A stretch of 63,761 bases of DNA, counting the filler, from Trichomonas gallinae (taxonomy: Eukaryota): NCBI GenBank assembly GCA_008369845.1. It is 9 parts of 9 records of this genome, joined end to end, with 100 filler letters (N's around TTAATTAATTAA, not from the genome) between each part and the next. Parts side by side here need not be neighbours in the genome. Positions count along the whole stretch, not along the records: positions 1 to 5,469 come from MRSU01000596.1; positions 5,570 to 8,491 come from MRSU01000598.1; positions 8,592 to 12,936 come from MRSU01000600.1; 6 more parts are not named here. One strand, written 5' to 3'. The position numbers were made by a program, and so were the translations under genes. Below are positions 1 to 10,627 of this stretch, in pieces. Numbering within the stretch: position 1 is the stretch's first letter; the number at the start of each line of letters is the position of its first letter. Below the pieces are notes generated by a model, which saw nothing but the letters and a program-made list of their open reading frames with translations, did not search any database and was not told the DNA's origin.

Positions 1-421
1 TCACTATGTGCTCATTCTATATTATTAATTTACAGAATTTTTAGTTGTATTTTTCTGCCGGACAACCTTTATATTTACATCGTTGAAATGTCAGATGACT
101 GCTTTAAAAAACGAAAATGATTTTTATGATTGATATAGAATGTTTGGACAAATACATTACAATCTGCACATTTATTTCTCAAAAATTCTCAGTTTTTTGA
201 ATAAAAATCCCAAAATGTCTCCCAAATATAAATAAAATTATTTATTAATTTTTTTCAAATTTTCGAAAAATCTCAAAAATTTCACATGATTTTGTGAAAA
301 ATAAAGCGTAAATAATTGTCGGTAATAGTTGTTGATCATATTTAACATGTTATTTTGGATTTTAATAAAATTTTATTCTCCCTTGCTAAATTTTACCAAA
401 CCCTTTTTAATTTATTATTTT

Positions 422-2875
422 ATGAATTTCAACAAATTTAATCAAGAAGAGTTGTTAGAAAACGTAACATTTGAGGAGTACATGAGGTGCTGCTCACTGT
501 GGGCAAACAAGAATCTTCAACAAGACGAAGCTGATTATGCGACTAAAGTAATTAAAAGTTATCAGAGACAACCAGAGTCAATACAGCAGTTTTTGAGTGT
601 TATAACGACAGTTACAGATCAATATCCTCGATATTACTCAATACAAGGATTAATCCACTGGATTAAGTCAGGTTTTGAGTTTTCGCAGGATCAGATACAA
701 GAAATAGCAAATTTACTCCTAACACAATACAATTCAAACCAAATGTTCCAAAACAGAGGCGATTTTAATGAATTATTGAATGCATTTGCTCATTTTACTT
801 GTTTATCTCCAGATTTACTCCAGTTTGCCAACCAGCTCAACATTGAATCGCAAATTAAGTACTTATATTACTTTTTAGAATCATCAGATGATTCATTCTT
901 CGTAATCCGTGGAATAAAGACAGAAATTAAGCAGATTGTGTTCACAAATAAGCAAATTTTCTTAGATTTAGAGCTACAAGCTCCTCTTTATGATATCTGG
1001 TTTTATTTTGTCGCAAAATGCTTAACATACTTCGAGGATGACTTTTCTGAGTTCGCACAAGGATTCCTGCAGAGATCAGCCGATTTTACTGATGCTTTTT
1101 ATCCAAAAATTATTGGAGTCATAGAAGAGTACTTAAAGCTGGAATTATACGAAGATTTCGATGAACTGACACACAAGATTATTGATTTAGCTTTGCATAT
1201 GTGCTCACAAGAAACAGAAGTTGCAATTCAAAATTCTTTATATATTTTCCAGGTAATTACTGATTATACACCTTATTATTACGATGCTCATCAAGATCAA
1301 CTTGTTGCGATTATTGAACTGTTTATAGCATTGCTAGAACATTATGTAGAGCCTTCAAAAGAATTTATTAAAGTTTTAAGCTCAATTGTTGACTTTATCA
1401 AGAACTCTGATGAGGCTTCACCTTTATTCCAATATAGAATAGCCTTGCTTACAGCGTTAATCAACAATTTCAACGAAAATCCAGCAATGATGATTAATGA
1501 GCTTGAATGTCCATTAACTTACTTACAAATGTGTAATTCAGAGGGAGGAAGACAACTTATATTGCAGTTCTACGAAGAAAACTTCAAAGAAATAACAACT
1601 GGTTTAGTTTTTACTGGATCATTTGTTCAGGATTGGATGGCGCAACAAACGAGCACATTACATGATTTTTTGGATCATATTATGGCATTAGACGAGTTCC
1701 CAGTTCATACTTTAAGACTTATCAAAAAATTATTTATTTATCAAGAAATTATTACTCCAGAAGATATCCCAACATTCATGAATATCGCTGTTTCATTCTT
1801 CGAGAGCTTTCCTGAAGATTCAATCCAATTTCTCAAAATTTTGTTAAATTATCCACACTTGCGCGTGCATTGCGTTCAGTTCCTTCCTGATTTGATTAAT
1901 GTTTTCGTTCCTTATCTTAATCAAGTAGATGTCCATATCAAAAAATATATTTACGTGATTTTGATTACATTGGCTGATTACAACGGCGAGGAGGCTGCTG
2001 ACTTCCTTTCACAGCTAGGTTCAGATATTTTAGCGACATTCACTGAAGCAATTGGATCAGAAGATATTTCAAACGTCATAAACACTCTTAAAATGTTTGA
2101 TTTCGTTATAACAAATATGGGAGAAAACGGTCAAACATGCATGAATTTCTTTTCAACGCTTGCAATATCTTATATCTCAACAATTGAGCCAATATTGCTT
2201 ATGGACAATGCATCAATTCAAGAAAACATCTGTGAATGCTTAGGTCACATGATTTCTAAGAAATGGTTCGCGGAATCTGAATTTAATGTAATTATTGATT
2301 ATTGCATGCAGATTTTGGCAGTTCTACCATTAAAAGGACACATAGATCTTCTAAAATTAACATTACCAGCTTCTTTGACACCAATTCTTGCTCAAGTTAT
2401 TTTGCAAATAAATATAAATGGCGACGGTGAGTTTGTTTGTGCTACTATTAGGTATCTTCAGGAAGTTTTCAGCATGGATAACGCTGCTTTTTGGAACTTC
2501 TTCCCAGCAGATTTTGTAATCTCGATTTTGACGAGTGAAAACGCGTCTATTCTTGAATCTGCACTTAATTTGTGCAAAGATATCATTCTAAGCAACAACT
2601 TCCCGCCAGGATTCCCAGAATCTATTATACAATTAATTATTTCAAATTATGGAAAGAATTTCTCACAAGGAAAGGCAATTGACGACGCATGCACGATTTT
2701 CATGACAAAGAAGGAAGGAGTACCTGTAATCATCAACCATTTATTCGCTGTTGTCGGTGAAAACAATGCTTATGCTGAAGAAATCAAAGCAGAACTTGCT
2801 AGAGATGCGCCAAACACATATAAAATAAAGAAGGCAATGAAGGAACTGCTCCAACAAGTTGCAATGCAACTATAA
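422..2875 (+). CDS. HEAT/ARM-repeat protein, possibly karyopherin-beta (importin/exportin)-like
   Basis: 817-codon ORF from the first plausible ATG (422; the track starts at TTG 329). It is acidic and all-helical in composition. The N-terminal segment ADYATKVIKSYQRQPESIQQFL...RYYSIQGLIHWIK resembles importin-beta N-terminal helices. Confidence 0.45.
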   Translation: MNFNKFNQEELLENVTFEEYMRCCSLWANKNLQQDEADYATKVIKSYQRQPESIQQFLSVITTVTDQYPRYYSIQGLIHWIKSGFEFSQDQIQEIANLLLTQYNSNQMFQNRGDFNELLNAFAHFTCLSPDLLQFANQLNIESQIKYLYYFLESSDDSFFVIRGIKTEIKQIVFTNKQIFLDLELQAPLYDIWFYFVAKCLTYFEDDFSEFAQGFLQRSADFTDAFYPKIIGVIEEYLKLELYEDFDELTHKIIDLALHMCSQETEVAIQNSLYIFQVITDYTPYYYDAHQDQLVAIIELFIALLEHYVEPSKEFIKVLSSIVDFIKNSDEASPLFQYRIALLTALINNFNENPAMMINELECPLTYLQMCNSEGGRQLILQFYEENFKEITTGLVFTGSFVQDWMAQQTSTLHDFLDHIMALDEFPVHTLRLIKKLFIYQEIITPEDIPTFMNIAVSFFESFPEDSIQFLKILLNYPHLRVHCVQFLPDLINVFVPYLNQVDVHIKKYIYVILITLADYNGEEAADFLSQLGSDILATFTEAIGSEDISNVINTLKMFDFVITNMGENGQTCMNFFSTLAISYISTIEPILLMDNASIQENICECLGHMISKKWFAESEFNVIIDYCMQILAVLPLKGHIDLLKLTLPASLTPILAQVILQININGDGEFVCATIRYLQEVFSMDNAAFWNFFPADFVISILTSENASILESALNLCKDIILSNNFPPGFPESIIQLIISNYGKNFSQGKAIDDACTIFMTKKEGVPVIINHLFAVVGENNAYAEEIKAELARDAPNTYKIKKAMKELLQQVAMQL

Positions 2876-3560
2876 TCTTATAGTTATATATATAAAATAG
2901 AGTTATTTTTATTTATGTCAATTTATTCATATTTCTAATACATATATTTATTTAACTAATAACAAGCTCATGCATAAGCCATATAAATCATCTAAATCAA
3001 CAAATTGAAAAATCCCAACGATGATACTATATGTACATGATGAAATATAATCTATATATCGAAAAATCGCAACGATATCTCTATTCTATTGTCCAAATGT
3101 TAATAAAAGCTCTATTTACTGCAATTTATATATTTAAAAGGTTCAGTTGGTTAAATATATTATATACATTGATATAAACATATTTGCTATGCTGGATTTC
3201 CTCTAAACAAATCTTGATGTTCTTTCGCCTATTTATCAACACTTGATGAATTTGTTATGCAAAATCCGAATTTAAACGTAGCAATTGCTTCAATTGGCAA
3301 TCAAGTAACTACAGTTGACCTAGTAAGAAATAGAACACATCTATTTCACCAAGATTCTAAAATATTTATTTCTTTTGCGAATTACAAAACTCAAAATTCG
3401 CTAAAAACATACGTGAAGAAAACTGTAATTCCAAAATAGTTAAAAAATCAAATTTCAAAATTAAAATATATTTTTCCGCGAGAAATAACCGAATTTTCAT
3501 GAAAATAATGTATTGGTGTGTTCAAATATTATATATTTATTATAAAAACTTACAATTATA

Positions 3561-4610
3561 TTAATTGTTCTCTTGTGAATCAGATTCGACTTCTGCGAAT
3601 GTGTTATTCTTGTCAATTGGGTTCTCTCCGTCTTCACCGATGAGTCTGTCCATGTGGTTGGCCTCATCCTGTGTTTTAGTGATTTCCTTGGCTTCCTTTT
3701 CTTTCCTTTTGTCGTCGAGCTCGAAAACTGTATATGTGATTGTTCCTCCGAGACCAAACAACAGGCCGATGATCTTCTTGATCGTCTGCTCTCTTGTGGC
3801 TCCGTCAGTTGGATCTAAGAAGACTAAGCCGATGGTGAAAATGATAATTGTCTTTGCGTGGCCGACAACTTGGTAAGTAACAGCAGACGTTTTGCCAATT
3901 AACGCAAAAGCAGCGATGTTGGCGCCAACAGCGAGAATACCGGTGAGAATGGCGATGCAGACCTCTGGGAATTGGAATGTGTGGTAAACGAAAGAATTAG
4001 ATCCGAAAGCTTCCATTGCGAGGCAAGCGATACCCGCAAATGTGATCATTGGGATGGCTGTAATGTGTTGCATGGCAGATCCGAAGACTTGGAACTGATT
4101 TGAATAAATATTGGTGCTCATCTGCGAGGCTGTTGTAAAACAGACGGCGATAATGGCAATGATTGTACCAGGGAGGTTGATGCTGATATCATTGATCGAA
4201 AACATGGCGACGCCAACAAGAAGAACACCTAATGTGCAAAGAGTGCGGAAAGGAGTCTTCTTATTGTATAAAACGTAGTTTGCGAGAACAATGACTGGGA
4301 TGCAGCATAATTTGGACAGCTGGTAGAAGCCCATTGAGTTGATCCAGAGATTGAAGTTCATGAAAACGATGCCGGAGACATTTACGAATGCGTTTAACCA
4401 TCTGGCGTATTGTGGGACTGTTGTAGCTCTCTCGAATAGTCTCATTCTGCACATAACTTCAAGTAACAGCCATGTACATATGAAATGGAATAAAGAAAGC
4501 GTAATTGGATAATCGAAATTATATGTGAGCTTCAGGATTTTGTTGAGTGAAATCAAAGACGTCGAGAAAATAATGGATCCAAAAATCCAAAATGTTGTTC
4601 CGAGAGCCAT
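3561..4610 (-). CDS. nucleotide-sugar / triose-phosphate transporter family protein (SLC35E-like)
   Basis: About 10 hydrophobic segments. Motifs ISLNK, FDYPITLSLFHF, NSMGFYQLSKL and TSAVTYQVVGHAKT are typical of this family. Confidence 0.9.
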   Translation of the reverse strand: MALGTTFWIFGSIIFSTSLISLNKILKLTYNFDYPITLSLFHFICTWLLLEVMCRMRLFERATTVPQYARWLNAFVNVSGIVFMNFNLWINSMGFYQLSKLCCIPVIVLANYVLYNKKTPFRTLCTLGVLLVGVAMFSINDISINLPGTIIAIIAVCFTTASQMSTNIYSNQFQVFGSAMQHITAIPMITFAGIACLAMEAFGSNSFVYHTFQFPEVCIAILTGILAVGANIAAFALIGKTSAVTYQVVGHAKTIIIFTIGLVFLDPTDGATREQTIKKIIGLLFGLGGTITYTVFELDDKRKEKEAKEITKTQDEANHMDRLIGEDGENPIDKNNTFAEVESDSQENN

Positions 4611-4759
4611 TTTATTTTTTGTAATTTCAATCCGCTTTTTTAGTCATTTTAGCTGTGTTTTCGGATAGTTTATGTCATAATAACATAGAATTTCAATGGA
4701 AATCGACATCAAGGTCCGAATTTCATTGAAATTAATGATAAAATGAGATTTTATTTATA

Positions 4760-5270
4760 TTTATGTAATGCATACAATCATTAATATAAGTTTTCACGCA
4801 GTATTTTGGATTTTGTTGAGATTTTTTGCTTTCAAAAATAATTTAACGGTATTTCGCTATTTTATTAATATGATTATTATACATGCTAATCAAAATACAT
4901 ATTTCTATGCTGTATTTTAAATTTGGATCAGTTTTGAGAATTTTATTAATAACATTTGTATTTCACTATTTCATTCATATAATAAAGCTGCATAAATACC
5001 TTAATTTTTATTTTTACCATATATTTTAATTGGGCTTAATTTTGAGAATTTCAAAAATATCAATTGTATTTAGCTATTTTATCGATATCACAAATATCTA
5101 TATAATCCAAAATATTTATTTATAGACTGCATATTGAATTTGACTTAATTTTGATATTTATTAAAAATTAAAACGATATTTTGTTAATTTATTGATATCA
5201 CAAGTATCCATACAAGTCAAAATATTCATTTACACATTGCATCTTGAATTATCATTCCAGATTTTGAATC
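4760..5270. repeat. degenerate tandem repeat, period about 108-110 bp, 4-5 copies
   Basis: TATTTcgcTATTTtATT-like word at about 4850, 4959, 5067 and 5177; TTTTGAGAATTT-like word at about 4932, 5039 and 5149. Confidence 0.6.
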
Positions 5271-5469
5271 ACAAAATTGCATGTTTAAGGTTTGTAAATT
5301 TGATAAATTGATGAGCCCTTCAATAAAATCTCTAGTTCTTTGTACATTAATCGTAGAGTTTAATAATCAAAATATAAAGTTAATAAAATTATATCTCAAA
5401 CAACAATAAATACATATAATATCGCATAGTTAAGATTATCATAGATTCTGACATGATAATGAGAATAAC

Positions 5470-5569
5470 NNNNNNNNNNNNNNNNNNNNNNNNNNNNNNN
5501 NNNNNNNNNNNNNTTAATTAATTAANNNNNNNNNNNNNNNNNNNNNNNNNNNNNNNNNNNNNNNNNNNN
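5470..5569. other. artificial scaffold spacer N44-TTAATTAATTAA-N44; also at 8492-8591, 12937-13036, 29202-29301, 36963-37062, 39768-39867, 48954-49053 and 61018-61117
   Basis: Eight identical 100-nt blocks with a central 12-mer that has stop codons in all six frames. Confidence 0.98.
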
Positions 5570-5651
5570 TATTTTTGGAAAAGGTGACAAATTTGATAAC
5601 CTCATAGAATCAATTGATAGTTTACAAAACGGTTAGAACGGTCCCTTAATT

Positions 5652-6044
5652 TTGTACAAAGCAAAGATTTCCTTTGATTTCATTAATTTTGTGAATTATT
5701 GGGTAAATAGCACAAAACTATTTGTTTCTTATGGTAGAGGTTCTAATGTCTGCTTTGACCATACGTTTTTTAATATTTATGAATGCGAACAATTTGATCT
5801 ATTTGAAGATAATAATGGTGAATTTGAAATTCGAAATAGCATTTTAATATTTAATTTTACCATGAAACCAAATATAAAATTAACTAATGTAGAACAAATA
5901 ACAACACCCACTGAAAAATCAACATTTTCTTTTGATATAAACTTTGAACAAGATTTTTGTCATATTGTTTGCAGCTGTCGAAATATTCAAACTCAATCAT
6001 TTTCATTCCTAGTCATTTCTGTCTTTATTTATTTCATTGACTGA
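5652..6044 (+). CDS. 3' part or fragment of a trichomonad Asn/Cys/Phe-rich putative surface protein
   Basis: ORF close to a contig start with no ATG start, ending in C-x3-C-x-C plus a hydrophobic C-terminus (FSFLVISVFIYFID). May be a pseudogene. Confidence 0.4.
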   Translation: MYKAKISFDFINFVNYWVNSTKLFVSYGRGSNVCFDHTFFNIYECEQFDLFEDNNGEFEIRNSILIFNFTMKPNIKLTNVEQITTPTEKSTFSFDINFEQDFCHIVCSCRNIQTQSFSFLVISVFIYFID

Positions 6045-6242
6045 ATTCAATAAGTATTATCGAATTATTTGGTGGCAAATCAATGTTTTGTGCCCACAGA
6101 CAGAGTTAATAAGGTAATGATTAATGTAATCATCAAAATTTATTAAAAACATTAATTGCTAGCCAAAATTAATGATGATAAAAAAAAAATAATGCGTAAA
6201 ACACCGATGAATAAGAAAAGTTTAATCATATTATAAATAACA

Positions 6243-8459
6243 TTATTTTCGTTTTCCACTTGCAGCAGAAGAAGAGAGAGTAGATGCGATGGATTTCTTC
6301 TTTGGTGGCTCAGGCATTGATGATGATGTCATCTGTGGTGCTTTCTTCTTTGCTGGGGAAGCCCTCTTCGCGTGATGGTCTGAGAATGAGCTATCTGAGT
6401 CGTTGTCATCTGGGCTCTTTCCTGCCTTGAGAGGGTTGTTCTTTGCCAATTTCTTTGGCTTGAGTGGAAGTCTCATCGACTGCGGTGAGGTAGGACCTCC
6501 CAAATCTCTTTCGCGGAATGTGGCTGGGTCAGCATATGACTCTGGATTGAATGAGAACATGTTCTGTCCTTTCCTTGCAGCAGCTGCTGCGTGCGCGCCA
6601 TACATAGGAAGCGGCGGGAATTTGAGCGGATTTGGCTTAACTCTCTGCGCAGTCTTCTTAAGTCCGCGCGCGGATTTGTCGAAGCATTGCCTGAAGAAGT
6701 CGCTCAAAGCAGACGAGAAGTTATAACCGAGCTGCGGTGGATATGAAGCATTGGGGAGCTGAGCCTCATCGTATATCTGCCTCAACACGTCTTTGTGCTG
6801 GACGACTGTGTGAATGATCTTCTCCACAGCTATTGCAGCATCAGCAGTGAGAGGAGGAGAATATGGTGGGATTTCGCCTGAAATGTCGCCAAGAGAAAAC
6901 AGGAATTCTTCAAGCTGAGGAATTGTGTGCTTGTGGATTCTTCTGTTCCACGTTGAATAACTGTCACCAAGCAAAGCTCCATGGAACAAAAATTGCAAGT
7001 TGTCAGAGACTTGTTTGACGAGGCGTGGGTTCTTCAGTTCTGGTAGATCAGGGAAATACTTCTTAGGATTGGCTAAAACTGGGCAAATAAAGTCTAATCC
7101 GAAGAATCCGCCGAGCAAAAAGTAAACTAAGCCACGTGAGTTGAATTTCATTGCAGCATATGAGCGGATGATTGATGCGAAGTGTCTCACTTGTATAGGA
7201 ATGTAAGATCCACTCTTCATTATATATTTGATAACTGAAAAGAAAACAGTTTCATCGAGTCCGCTGTGTCTGTCGATGAATGTGACTAACTTCTTGAGAA
7301 GCATCATGTATGAAGAGCTAAATCTCTTGAATAACGCGTGAGTGAATTTTCTATAAAATGAATCTTCAGCATAAATGGCCATTGGATTGAGATCATCGTT
7401 TTCTAAGATGTATCCAACCAAGCTGCCAAACAATTGGTGTGTTTTTCTCGTGTACAGGCCAATTGTTAATAATGCATCAGCAATTTCGTAAGGAGGATCG
7501 ATGCTGATGAGTGTGCGTATGAAGACGCCATCACTGCTCGTAATTGCATCGACAAATGATGGATAGAAATGATCTGGGAACCACGGCAAATCATCAGTCA
7601 AAAAATATGGGAAAGGAATGAATTTGTATTCACCTTGTATCTCTCCACCGAGCTCTGGCTTGTTGAGGCAGTTGACCCAAAGATCAGTCTGGTTTATATC
7701 AAGTGGTTCGAAAGTTGCAATCAAATGTCCTTTATCGTCTTTAACTACAAGACTCTTTTGATCCTTAGTCTTAGCGATGTGTCCAACTGTGCCGCTTGCA
7801 AGTACATTTAACTTGTTTTCTTTCGTCAATCTTGTTACATAAAAATCTGAAGTAGATCTGATAATATATGCCCAGCAAACGTTGCCCTTGAATTTGCATG
7901 TGCATAAAGCAAGTAAATCAACGAATCCACAGCGATTAATGGTCCAATTTTTAGGGAAAAATGCAAATGAGAAAAATCTTAGCATAGCAGTAGGATCATT
8001 AGCTTCTGAGAGCATTTTTATCATTGCTGCAATTGTTGGTTCAACTGTAGGAGTAATTCTCGGAAAACTTGGCGGCCATGATGAAGCCATTGGGAAGCAG
8101 AGTTTTCCTGGGAACATAGCTGCCAAGTATTTCGAGTATTCGACAATATTTTCAGGTGGAGAATAAATATCTTGGCGAGATAAATCATTAAAAGAATTAA
8201 CGAACATTTTGTACGACTCTGTGATTGGAATGTCCTGGTAATTGGGGCAGACATCGTATTTGCACATCTTGAGAAACTCAGGGACGCGATTTCCAAGCTG
8301 TGCGAAATCTATGATTGGCTCCTGGTAGATGTCAGCGAGATATTGCGATGGTTTTACGTCAGACACGAGATCTTCTGGAAGCTCGTACTCTGGTGCTTCT
8401 ACTTCTTCATTATTTTCATTCATGGCGGTCAAAACTGTATTTACAGAATTCTCCGCCAT
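6243..8459 (-). CDS. RasGAP-domain-like protein with degenerate catalytic motifs, possible PH-like region and basic low-complexity tail
   Basis: IPIQVRHFASII...LLGGFFGLDFICPVLANP matches the RasGAP FLRFFCPAI.sP block. The region expected to hold the arginine finger reads MAIYAEDS. Confidence 0.65.
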   Translation of the reverse strand: MAENSVNTVLTAMNENNEEVEAPEYELPEDLVSDVKPSQYLADIYQEPIIDFAQLGNRVPEFLKMCKYDVCPNYQDIPITESYKMFVNSFNDLSRQDIYSPPENIVEYSKYLAAMFPGKLCFPMASSWPPSFPRITPTVEPTIAAMIKMLSEANDPTAMLRFFSFAFFPKNWTINRCGFVDLLALCTCKFKGNVCWAYIIRSTSDFYVTRLTKENKLNVLASGTVGHIAKTKDQKSLVVKDDKGHLIATFEPLDINQTDLWVNCLNKPELGGEIQGEYKFIPFPYFLTDDLPWFPDHFYPSFVDAITSSDGVFIRTLISIDPPYEIADALLTIGLYTRKTHQLFGSLVGYILENDDLNPMAIYAEDSFYRKFTHALFKRFSSSYMMLLKKLVTFIDRHSGLDETVFFSVIKYIMKSGSYIPIQVRHFASIIRSYAAMKFNSRGLVYFLLGGFFGLDFICPVLANPKKYFPDLPELKNPRLVKQVSDNLQFLFHGALLGDSYSTWNRRIHKHTIPQLEEFLFSLGDISGEIPPYSPPLTADAAIAVEKIIHTVVQHKDVLRQIYDEAQLPNASYPPQLGYNFSSALSDFFRQCFDKSARGLKKTAQRVKPNPLKFPPLPMYGAHAAAAARKGQNMFSFNPESYADPATFRERDLGGPTSPQSMRLPLKPKKLAKNNPLKAGKSPDDNDSDSSFSDHHAKRASPAKKKAPQMTSSSMPEPPKKKSIASTLSSSAASGKRK

Positions 8460-8592
8460 TTTTTTTTTTTTTTTTTTTTTTTGTTTTTTTTNNNNNNNNN
8501 NNNNNNNNNNNNNNNNNNNNNNNNNNNNNNNNNNNTTAATTAATTAANNNNNNNNNNNNNNNNNNNNNNNNNNNNNNNNNNNNNNNNNNNNA

Positions 8593-8670
8593 AATATCAA
8601 ATAAAAACGACCAAAAAAATTGAATACGTATCGAAAAAGCTGTCTGACATCGAAAAAATGAGCAACAGTA
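8593..8670. mobile_element. end of a TIR DNA transposon (TA-flanked, Tc1/mariner-like) extending into the upstream gap
   Basis: 78-bp exact reverse complement of 12859-12936. Identity ends at ...GAGCAACAG|TA. Confidence 0.7.
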
Positions 8671-10117
8671 GCCGCAGAATTTATCAGCGGCATTCTCTAT
8701 TTTATTGACAGAAGAATATTGCTATGTCATTATTATAGATATAACAAATAAAAACATTCGAAAGTCATTTCACATCAATTACTTTGATGAGGGAAACCCA
8801 TAATTTTTTATACCAAAACATCTCTTTGTCTGTGATGATGATAGACATAAGAGTGTCATTAAAAGATTGAGAAACTCAAACAAAATTTTAGGAGAGAGTT
8901 TAAAATTGAGAGGTGATTTGCAAATAAAATAACAAAGATGCATATTTGATAGATATTTGTGTAATAAAAACTAAGCTAAAAATTGAAAAGTCAAAACAAG
9001 AAAACAAAGAAAAATATTAACAACATAAAATTCAAAATAATATGATACATATGAACTATAAATGAAAAAAAGTTACAAAAAAATTGAAAACTGTTAAAAA
9101 GCCAATAAAATGTTAGAGATATGGACATGATACCAGATTATCAAGTTTAAAAAACTTATAGTCAATCAAAACTTAAAAAAAGTTGAGAAAAAACACAATT
9201 TTGGAACTGATATATTGTTCTCATGTGGAGTTGATAATCATGATTGAAATTGATTTTATGGGATGAGAGATGAAACTCAAAAAATTCGGGAATGAATTAA
9301 CTCATTTTATGAATCTTTTGTTGATAATTTAACAAAAAGGAGGAAATGAGTCTAATTGTTTAACAAAAACAATAGTCTTTTTGTTCAAAATTATGAAACT
9401 TGATTTCAACATTTTTTCAAGTTTTAACGCATAAAACATGTCCTATTAGGTCAAGGCTGTGCCATTTGTCTATCATATCTCCAATCGTTCAAAGGAAAAT
9501 TGTGTATTTCTATTGCAAATATAGATTTTTTTGTATCACTTGCAAATTAGTGTTTTTAAATGAAAATTTATATGATATTTACCCATCTATAGAAACTTGG
9601 TATTTTATCAGAGAAAACGATTTTCATTGAATGTTGATTTAACTTATTTCTCTATCATAGGAAGAGTGTTTTTTCAAATGTTTGTAAATTGAGAGGGATT
9701 AATAAGAAAATTAAGTTATGGTCTATAAATGTAGTGTATATGTAACTCAGTAATTATTTAGAATTTAAAATTGAACCAAAAAATCGAAACTAAATAGGGC
9801 CACATATGTATGTAGACTCAATATATCAAGAAATAACTTTATATAATTTTTGAAACAACAAACAATTTATTCAATATGAATTCGAAATTTGAATGAAGTG
9901 ATTAATTGAGAACCATTCAAAACTATTCAGAAAATTGAGAGCCCTGAAAAAATGCTCTCAAAATAAAAACTCTAAAAAAATTGAAAGTAAATCCTGAAAA
10001 ATTGGGCAACAAGGAATAGTTCTCGGTTAATCATGGTAGTAATATTGAATGAAGATAATAAGCAACAAAGCCGAAATGATTAATAATAATATAAAATAAT
10101 ACGTGAAACTTACCATA

Positions 10118-10627
10118 TTATTCATGGTGGTTGATAAGCTGTGATAAATCCGAAGGATCGCAGATTGTAACTTTCGTATTTTCTTCTTGATTAATAATTT
10201 CTTCTGGGTATTTTTCTTTATGGAGCTCCATTCCAGAGTAAATGAACTTTTGCATAAGCTCATTAATAACTGGGTATACATGCGTCCAATTTTCTGCGAA
10301 CCAGCAAAGTAAAGCTGAACGATTTCTTCTTGCCAGTCTGTCTATTTTGATGTTATTTTTTGATGATACAATTCCAGCTATATTTATAAGGAACGATGAA
10401 GTGACGTAACACCCAAAAATCTTCTCAATATACCTTGAGACATGATTCATCTGCACACCAGCTTTCACTATCCTTTTTTGCACATCATCATAGTCGCGCT
10501 GGCTCTGCTTATTAGACTTTTTCTTCTGGTCATATGGAGAAGTTGGAAGGATTGGCATCAATGTCATTCTGCAGTGAAACATATAAATAATAAAAAATTG
10601 AGAATGAATTAAAATTTTTGCAAACAT
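10118..10627 (-). CDS. small hypothetical protein of a parabasalid-expanded family (IDRLARRNRSALLCWFAENW motif)
   Basis: Clean ORF of higher GC in AT-rich DNA. The true start may be a downstream ATG (for example 10582). Family membership is from recall of the motif and was not searched. Confidence 0.6.
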   Translation of the reverse strand: MFAKILIHSQFFIIYMFHCRMTLMPILPTSPYDQKKKSNKQSQRDYDDVQKRIVKAGVQMNHVSRYIEKIFGCYVTSSFLINIAGIVSSKNNIKIDRLARRNRSALLCWFAENWTHVYPVINELMQKFIYSGMELHKEKYPEEIINQEENTKVTICDPSDLSQLINHHE

